Of a stretch of 64,000 nucleotides of DNA, positions 57,843-64,000 are shown piece by piece (the stretch's first letter is position 1; every line of letters begins with the position of its first letter). The notes beneath the pieces were generated by a model. The model was not told the DNA's origin. It did not search any database and was given only the letters and a program-made list of their open reading frames with translations. Origin of the DNA: Acidimicrobiales bacterium. GTDB taxonomy: Bacteria; Actinomycetota; Acidimicrobiia; Acidimicrobiales; SZUA-35. Location: positions 657,610 to 721,609 of the forward strand of contig OZ244195.1 of the NCBI GenBank assembly GCA_965216685.1. Reading direction: 5' to 3'. A program made the translations under genes and the position numbers.

Positions 57843-58751
57843 ATGACCGACCTCGGATTCGACGGCAACGTGGCCATTGTCACCGGCGCGGGCGGAGGCC
57901 TGGGTCGCCAGCATGCGCTCGAGTTGGCCCGGCGGGGGGCGAGGGTTGTGGTCAATGATCTCGGCGGTGCCGTCGACGGAACCGGAGGGTCGAGCGGTCC
58001 GGCCGATGAGGTGGTGGCCGAAATCGGTGCCCTGGGAGGCGAAGCCGTGGCCGACGCCAACAGCGTCGCCACCGCCGAAGGAGGCGAGGCGGTCGTGCAG
58101 ACGGCGATCGAGGCCTTCGGTCGGGTCGACATCGTCATCAACAACGCCGGCATCCTACGGGACAAGACGTTCCACAACATGACCGACGAACTGTTGACCC
58201 CGGTGATCGATGTGCATCTCAAAGGGGCGTTTCATGTCACCCGGCCGGCCTGGATCCATTTTCGGGAGCAGGGCTATGGTCGGGTGGTGAACACCTCGTC
58301 GAGTTCCGGTCTGCTGGGAAACTTTGGCCAGACCAACTACGCGGCGGCCAAGATGGGGCTGGTCGGGCTTACCCGGGTGTTGGCGGCCGAAGGGGCCAAG
58401 TACAACATCCGAGCCAATGCCATCGCCCCGGTGGCTCGTACCCGCATGACCGAGGACATTCTCGGCACCATGGCCGAACAGCTCGACCCCAAGCTCGTCA
58501 CCCCGCTGGTCATCTGGTTGGCCCACGAGTCGAATCCCACCACCGGATCGGTCTATTCGGCCGCCGGTGGAACCGTGGCCCGGTTCTTCGTCGGCCTCAC
58601 CGAGGGCACTCATCGCGGCGCCCGGATCACGGCCGAAACCGTTCGGGACGACTGGGACAAGATCAACGACGAGGCGGGCTACATCGTGCCCTCGGGACCG
58701 GCCGACGAATTTGCCAAGCTTCTCAAGCAGTGGCAGGCCGAGCAGTCTTGA
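57843..58751 (+). CDS. SDR-family oxidoreductase (paralog of 49737..50663)
   Basis: AAAAGGAG RBS, then ATG 57843. TGAGGGLG, NNAGI, YAAAK. Confidence 0.85.
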   Translation: MTDLGFDGNVAIVTGAGGGLGRQHALELARRGARVVVNDLGGAVDGTGGSSGPADEVVAEIGALGGEAVADANSVATAEGGEAVVQTAIEAFGRVDIVINNAGILRDKTFHNMTDELLTPVIDVHLKGAFHVTRPAWIHFREQGYGRVVNTSSSSGLLGNFGQTNYAAAKMGLVGLTRVLAAEGAKYNIRANAIAPVARTRMTEDILGTMAEQLDPKLVTPLVIWLAHESNPTTGSVYSAAGGTVARFFVGLTEGTHRGARITAETVRDDWDKINDEAGYIVPSGPADEFAKLLKQWQAEQS

Positions 58752-58761
58752 CGCTCACGCT

Positions 58762-58813
58762 GAACTTTGGGACTGTTACGACCCGTTAACGGGTCGTAAC
58801 AGTCCCAAAGTTC
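58762..58813. repeat. 52-bp perfect palindrome centred on GTTAAC
   Basis: GAACTTTGGGACTGTTACGACCCGTT|AACGGGTCGTAACAGTCCCAAAGTTC. Lies between convergent genes. Confidence 0.85.
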
Positions 58814-58822
58814 GGGCCGCGC

Positions 58823-59263
58823 CTAGTCCATCACGGCCAGGATGGGGCCGGCGTGGTGGGCCACCATGCGCCACCGCCGGCCGTCGTGTTCGAAAACGTT
58901 GATGGCGACGGCGGCACCGGTGTGACCGTCGGCGATCATGTTCTCGGCCACCGTGACCCAACCAATTGGTCCTCGACGGACGGTGCGCTCCTCGGTGACG
59001 ATGATCTGGGGATTGCCTCCGGCGCCGAAAATCGCGGCCCACGAGGCTTCAACGGCCGGCCAGCCCATAAGCGGCGACCGGCCCGGATGGGCGCACGATA
59101 CCTCATCGCCGTGAGACCACACGGCGGACATCAGCTCGCCGTCAGCCGTTTCCAGAGCCCGATAGAAGCGGGCGTTGGCCTGTGACAGCGCCGACTCGGT
59201 GATGTCTTCGGTCGGATCGCCTGGCTCGTCAGTCACGGAGCCACTGTAGTTGCAGCAGCCCAA
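58823..59263 (-). CDS. SnoaL/NTF2-like fold protein
   Basis: ANARFYRALETADGELMSAVWS...RWRMVAHH pattern. The start may be GTG at about 59236. Confidence 0.6.
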   Translation of the reverse strand: MGCCNYSGSVTDEPGDPTEDITESALSQANARFYRALETADGELMSAVWSHGDEVSCAHPGRSPLMGWPAVEASWAAIFGAGGNPQIIVTEERTVRRGPIGWVTVAENMIADGHTGAAVAINVFEHDGRRWRMVAHHAGPILAVMD

Positions 59264-59307
59264 AGGGCCGGATCCGGCCGGCCTTTGTCGGCCAGCACTT
59301 TGTACAC

Positions 59308-59859
59308 TTGGGCCCCTTGGCCGGCCTGCCCCTCTTCATCAAACGATTCGACCGGGCGATCGACGACCGTTTCAGACCACTTCGGGGTCGGCCGCTCATC
59401 GACCGGTTGTTCTACCTGGCCAGTGAAGGTGCCGACTACTCGCGACTGTGGCACGTGATCGGCTTGACCATGGCGCTGGTCAGCCCCCGTCGCCGCCCCG
59501 ACGCCGTCCGCCTGGCCATTGCTCTCGGAGTCGAGTCAGCCCTGGTGAACGGCCTGTTGAAGACGCTCATACCGAGGGAGCGTCCGGAACTTCTGCCCGA
59601 CGCCGCCTTCGCCGTTCGCCGTCCCCGCACCAAGAGCTTTCCCAGTGGGCACGCCAGTTCGGCCTGCCTCACGGCCACGCTCCTGTCAGAGTCGCTACCC
59701 CGGCTCAGGCCGCTGTGGTGGACGCTGGCCGCCGTGGTGTCCGCCAGCAGGATTCACAATCGGATGCATCACCCTTCCGACGTTGGGGCTGGAGCCGCTC
59801 TGGGAACGGCCATGGGGCGGCTGGTGCAGCGGGTTTGGCCCCTCAAAGCCGGCCGGTGA
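59308..59859 (+). CDS. PAP2-family phosphatase
   Basis: KTLIPRERP, PSGH, SRIHNRMHHPSD tripartite motif. Coordinates are taken from the ORF track. Confidence 0.8.
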   Translation: MGPLAGLPLFIKRFDRAIDDRFRPLRGRPLIDRLFYLASEGADYSRLWHVIGLTMALVSPRRRPDAVRLAIALGVESALVNGLLKTLIPRERPELLPDAAFAVRRPRTKSFPSGHASSACLTATLLSESLPRLRPLWWTLAAVVSASRIHNRMHHPSDVGAGAALGTAMGRLVQRVWPLKAGR

Positions 59860-59865
59860 TCAGAA

Positions 59866-60078
59866 TCAGGCGTCGGCCGGCTCGGCCAGCTTGGGGTCGC
59901 TGAGTAGGGAACGAACGTCGAGCAACAGGTCGGCAACCTCGCTGGCCGACACCAACTGACGCTCGATCAAGCCCCCCAGACCCTCGTCGATCAGAGCAAG
60001 AGCCTCTTCCACCGTGGTGATCGGTGTCACTTCAATTTCATCGAGCTCTGTCAAAACCGCTCCTCTATTTCCAATCAT
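59866..60078 (-). CDS. small acidic hypothetical protein (70 aa)
   Basis: ATG 60078 (MIGNRGAV...). GC3-rich. No motif recognised. Confidence 0.35.
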   Translation of the reverse strand: MIGNRGAVLTELDEIEVTPITTVEEALALIDEGLGGLIERQLVSASEVADLLLDVRSLLSDPKLAEPADA

Positions 60079-60289
60079 CAGCGGATTGCTCCGCTGGGAA
60101 GTAGAACCTCTTCTGTGGCTCCAGCATTCCCGGTTCCGGCCTCCGAACGCAAAACTCGTAGCTGAGAATTCCGTCACTGTAACTCGCCCGTCCGAACTTT
60201 GCGAATCGATGTCGATGATTGTCGGCCGGCAGCAAGAATCCGGACCAAACCGGTGCGAATCGACCGTTCACGTGTCAGTCTGGATCCCC

Positions 60290-62740
60290 ATGGAACGACC
60301 TTCAGGCCACCTTTTCATCGGAGAACAGATTGAAGCCGCCTCCGGTGACCGCACGGGCGAGTCGATACTGATCGACAGCGGCGACCTGACCACCCACGGT
60401 GTCATCGTGGGCATGACCGGTTCAGGCAAGACCGGCATGGGTATCGTCTTGCTGGAGGAGGCGTTGCTGGCCGGTATCCCGGTGCTGGCCATCGACCCCA
60501 AGGGCGATCTGGGCAACCTGTGCCTGACCTTCCCCGGACTGTCGGCCGGCGAGTTCGAGCCGTGGATGGATGAGGGCACGGCTCGGGTGGAAGGAGTCAG
60601 CACCGCCGACCTGGCCACCAGGACGGCCGACCTGTGGCGCTCCGGTCTCGACTCGTGGGGTCTGGGCGGCGACGATGTGGCCGCCCTGGCCGCCGCCGCC
60701 GATCCCGTCATCTACACCCCCGGTTCCACCGCCGGTGTCCCGCTCGACGTTCTGGGACGGCTCAGCGTTCCCTCCACCACCGACCCGTCGGCCCGCCAGG
60801 ACGAGATCGATTCCACCGTGAGCGGCCTACTCGGTCTCATCGGAATCGAGAGCGATCCGCTGTCGGGTCGGGAGCACATCCTGTTGGCCAATCTCATTTC
60901 CCGGTCGTGGGACAGCGGGGTCGATCTCGACATGCCAACCCTGCTGGCTCAGCTCCTGGACCCGCCGATCCGCAAGCTGGGAGTGCTCGATCTCGACACG
61001 TTCTACCCGGCCAAGGACCGCCAGGCCCTGGTGTTGAAGCTCAACGGGCTGCTGGCGTCACCCAGCTTCTCGGCCTGGGCCGAGGGCGCACCGCTGGACA
61101 TCGGCCAGATGCTGTGGGACGACGGCGGCAAGGCCCGGGCGGCCGTCGTCAGCTTGGGTCATCTGGAGGAGACCGAGCGTCAGTTCGCCACCACCCTGGT
61201 GTTGTCGAAGGTCATCTCGTGGATGCGGAGCCAGGCCGGCACCGGTGAGCTGCGGGCCCTGGTCTACATCGACGAGGTCATGGGGTTGGCCCCACCGGTG
61301 GGCAACCCTCCGCCCAAGAAACCGATCCTCACCCTGCTCAAGCAGGCCCGGGCCTTCGGGGTCGGCCTGGTATTGTCGACCCAGAACCCGGTCGATCTCG
61401 ACTACAAGGCCATCAGCAATGCCGGGACCTGGTTGATCGGACGACTGCAGACCGAGCAGGACAAAGCCCGCCTGGTTGACGGGTTGAAAACAGCCGACGG
61501 CTCGGCTGACATCGGGGAGCTGGAGTCCACCATCTCCAGCCTGGGCAAGCGGCAGTTCCTGCTCCGAACCACCAAGTCGTCGACGATGCCGGTGCTGAGT
61601 TCCCGCTGGGCCATGAGTTATCTGGCCGGACCGCTCACCTCCGATCAGATCTCTTCGCTGATGGTCGACAAGGCTGCGGCTCTGGTCGGTGCCGGACCGG
61701 CTCCGGCCACACCCGCTGCCGCCGCGTCGGACCCGACCGCAGCGGCCGTTGCCCCGACCGCAGCGGCCACACCCGGGGCCGGCGCCGTGGGCAGCCTGGC
61801 CGATGACGAATCGGCCGTGGCCCCGTCGTTCCCCGATTCGCTACCCGTTCGTTATGTCACGGCCTCGGCCCCGTGGCTCGAACAGCTGGATCTGGGTGCC
61901 GGCGGTGATCGGCTGCAGGCGGCCATCGCCGCCCGGGTCAACCTGCTGTTCGACGAGACCAAGGCCGACCTCCGCCACGACGAGGAGTGGGAGGCCATCA
62001 TCCCCCTCACCGGTGATCGGCTCGATGTCGACTCGGCCGTCAACGTCGACTTCGACGACCGGGACTTCACCACCGATCCCCCGGCCAAGCCGGTCTATGT
62101 CCTGCCACCGTTCGAGATCGGGGCCTCCGATGTCCGCTCGTTGGGAGCAGCGCTGAAGAATCAGCTGGCGGCCGACGAGGTCTTCGAGTTGTTCACCAAT
62201 CCGGAGATGAAGCTGTACTCCCGTCCCGGCGAGACACGGGAGGAGTTCGAGACCCGTTGCCGCGACGCCGCCGACGAGGGCATGGACGCCGAGGTGTCGA
62301 AGATCCGCGACAAACTGGAGCGCAAGCGGGATTCGCTGGAGGTGGCGCTGGCCAAGGCCGCCGACCGGGTCGACGAGCTGGAGGTGCAGGCCGACGGCCG
62401 GCGAAACGCCCAATTGATCGATATCGGAACGTCGGTCCTGGGTGGCCTCCTGGGCGGACGCAGCCGGACCCGGGGGCTGGCCAGCGCGGCCCGCCGCATG
62501 GGTTCCAGCAGCCGCCAGAAAGCCTCTACCGAGGCTCGGCTGGAAAGCGCCCGCAACCGCGTGGCGGAGAAGGTCGACGACCTGGAGGAGCTGGAAACCG
62601 AGCTGGCCGATGCCGTTCTCGACATCGAGTCGGAGTGGGTTCTGAAATCACAGAACATCGAACCGTTCGAGGTTCCGCTGGAGAAGACCGACATCAGGGT
62701 CGAAGACCTGATGCTGATCTGGATCCCCACCTCCCGCTGA
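60290..62740 (+). CDS. HerA/FtsK-like P-loop ATPase (DUF87/DUF853 type) with long C-terminal coiled-coil extension
   Basis: Walker A GMTGSGKTG. Walker B-like LVYIDEV. STQNPVDLDYKAISNAGTWLIGRLQTEQDK. An alternative start is ATG 60209. Confidence 0.75.
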   Translation: MERPSGHLFIGEQIEAASGDRTGESILIDSGDLTTHGVIVGMTGSGKTGMGIVLLEEALLAGIPVLAIDPKGDLGNLCLTFPGLSAGEFEPWMDEGTARVEGVSTADLATRTADLWRSGLDSWGLGGDDVAALAAAADPVIYTPGSTAGVPLDVLGRLSVPSTTDPSARQDEIDSTVSGLLGLIGIESDPLSGREHILLANLISRSWDSGVDLDMPTLLAQLLDPPIRKLGVLDLDTFYPAKDRQALVLKLNGLLASPSFSAWAEGAPLDIGQMLWDDGGKARAAVVSLGHLEETERQFATTLVLSKVISWMRSQAGTGELRALVYIDEVMGLAPPVGNPPPKKPILTLLKQARAFGVGLVLSTQNPVDLDYKAISNAGTWLIGRLQTEQDKARLVDGLKTADGSADIGELESTISSLGKRQFLLRTTKSSTMPVLSSRWAMSYLAGPLTSDQISSLMVDKAAALVGAGPAPATPAAAASDPTAAAVAPTAAATPGAGAVGSLADDESAVAPSFPDSLPVRYVTASAPWLEQLDLGAGGDRLQAAIAARVNLLFDETKADLRHDEEWEAIIPLTGDRLDVDSAVNVDFDDRDFTTDPPAKPVYVLPPFEIGASDVRSLGAALKNQLAADEVFELFTNPEMKLYSRPGETREEFETRCRDAADEGMDAEVSKIRDKLERKRDSLEVALAKAADRVDELEVQADGRRNAQLIDIGTSVLGGLLGGRSRTRGLASAARRMGSSSRQKASTEARLESARNRVAEKVDDLEELETELADAVLDIESEWVLKSQNIEPFEVPLEKTDIRVEDLMLIWIPTSR

Positions 62741-62750
62741 TCACCCCTTC

Positions 62751-62790
62751 TGTGCGCCTCCAGCCCCGTTTCCGGGGGCTGGAGCGCACA
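62751..62790. repeat. family-B hairpin H4
   Basis: TGTGCGCCTCCAGCCCCG tttc CGGGGGCTGGAGCGCACA (two 1-nt bulges). Lies 10 nt after the stop. Confidence 0.8.
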
Positions 62791-62807
62791 CAATGGGTTG
62801 ACCGCGA

Positions 62808-63806
62808 CTAGCGAGGGGCCAGGTCCTCGATGGCGGCCACCGGGTCGACTCCTCCGAAGTTGAACACGGTGAGCACCGGGGTGTCGATGCCGTTCTCCAC
62901 GTAGCGCTGGATGTGTTCCCGACAGGCTTCCGGTGAGCCGTGGATGAACAGTTCATCAACCACGGTGTCGGGGATGGCGGCCAGGGCGGCTTTGCGGTCG
63001 CCGGCCTGCCAGGCCTCCCACATGCCGCCCAGCGATTCGTTGCGCCCCAGCCACTGGTGGAAGGCGGCGTAGACCGGGACGTTGAGGTAGCCGGCGATGG
63101 CGAAGCGGGCCTTGGCTCGAACCTCGTCGGTGTTGGTACTGGGGCACACGAACAGGCGGGCCACCACCTCCCGCTCGGCCTCAACCCCGTCCTCGTCGAC
63201 CGGGGCAGCGGCGTGCACGATGGCTCCGACCTTGGCCGCATCCTCGGCCGACAACCAGTTGGTGATCGCCCCGTCGGCCTCCCGGCCGGCCAGCCGCAAC
63301 ATGCCTTCCCGCAGGGCGGCCAACACGATGGGCGGAGGCTGCTCGGGAACCAGGTCGAGTCGGAATCCCTTGATGTCGAAGGTCTCGTAGGTCTCGGTGA
63401 CCTTCTCACCGCCCAGCGATGCCTTCAGGAAGCGGATCATGTCTCGGCAGCGCTGGTAGGGCTGGTCGAAGGCGATGTCGTTCCAACGCTCGACGATCAC
63501 GTTTGACGATGACCCTATCCCCATCACGAATCGGCCGGGGGCGGCATCGGCCATGGTGGCGGCGCTCTGGGCCATCAGGGCCGGACCTCGGGTGAAGGCC
63601 GGCACGATGGCGGTACCCAGGCGCAGCTCGGGAGCCCAGGCCGAGGCCAGAGCCAGCGGGGTGAACCCGTCACTGGCTGAGCTCTCGGCCGACCAGGCGT
63701 CGGTGTAGCCGGCGTCGACCAACCGGCGGAAGATGTCGCGATGCTGGTGGAGACGAACGTCGGACAGGGGGACGGTCATGCCGTAGCGGCGAGTCGTGGG
63801 CCTCAT
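62808..63806 (-). CDS. LLM-class (luciferase-like) flavin/F420-dependent oxidoreductase
   Basis: Typical LLM blocks: LRLGTAIVPAFTRGP, RFVMGIGSS. The start may be ATG 63779. Confidence 0.85.
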   Translation of the reverse strand: MRPTTRRYGMTVPLSDVRLHQHRDIFRRLVDAGYTDAWSAESSASDGFTPLALASAWAPELRLGTAIVPAFTRGPALMAQSAATMADAAPGRFVMGIGSSSNVIVERWNDIAFDQPYQRCRDMIRFLKASLGGEKVTETYETFDIKGFRLDLVPEQPPPIVLAALREGMLRLAGREADGAITNWLSAEDAAKVGAIVHAAAPVDEDGVEAEREVVARLFVCPSTNTDEVRAKARFAIAGYLNVPVYAAFHQWLGRNESLGGMWEAWQAGDRKAALAAIPDTVVDELFIHGSPEACREHIQRYVENGIDTPVLTVFNFGGVDPVAAIEDLAPR

Positions 63807-63911
63807 GCCGCTTCACCGTAGCCCGAAAAACCCACTCTGTTCGGGCCAGTTTTCGGCCTTTTCGCCCGCTATCGACCGAAACTGTCACACCCCATCGTCA
63901 TAGTGAGACCC

Positions 63912-64000
63912 ATGGCAAGCTCACAACTGCAACTCATTCACAGTGATGACTCGTGGAAGCTTGATCAGCACACCATCAGCCTGGGTCGGGCCGGCATAGC
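63912..64000 (+). CDS. possible 5' end of an ORF running off the window
   Basis: ATG 63912 (MASSQLQLIHSDDSWKLDQH...), open to the window end. Only 29 codons are visible and GC3 is weak. Confidence 0.2.
   Translation, partial: MASSQLQLIHSDDSWKLDQHTISLGRAGI

Overview
High-GC (about 65-70% by eye) actinobacterial-type chromosomal segment, densely coding, with about 58 protein genes. I recognised no rRNA, tRNA, CRISPR array, transposase or integrase. Lineage markers are a fused E1/E2 Kgd, NucS, PPK2, an F420-type LLM oxidoreductase and an HRDC-bearing UvrD-like helicase. Bases 1-9964 form a small accessory biosynthetic/export cluster: NRPS C-domain, type II thioesterase, MFS, MacB-type ABC exporter, ACP, KAS and PPTase. 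Part of it is visibly AT-richer than the rest of the window. The remainder is mostly acyl-CoA and central metabolism (Chloroflexus-type malyl-CoA lyase plus a CitE-like lyase, acyl-CoA dehydrogenase, MaoC, SDRs, crotonase, malic enzyme, Kgd), DNA repair (UvrD-like, XthA, NucS), transport and signalling. The most notable observations are: (1) a GrdB-family gene split in the ORF track by a single in-frame TGA at a U-x-x-C position, a candidate selenoprotein. (2) Two families of intergenic palindromic hairpin repeats with compensatory substitutions, some supplying the last codons and stop codon of flanking genes. (3) A 1-nt frameshift in an alpha-methylacyl-CoA racemase-like gene. (4) A NYN nuclease-S1-Lys/Ala-tail protein with near-perfect DNA tandem repeats. 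Everything was read by eye from the sequence and the ORF track. Coordinates of small elements may be off by 1-2 nt, and no database search was run.
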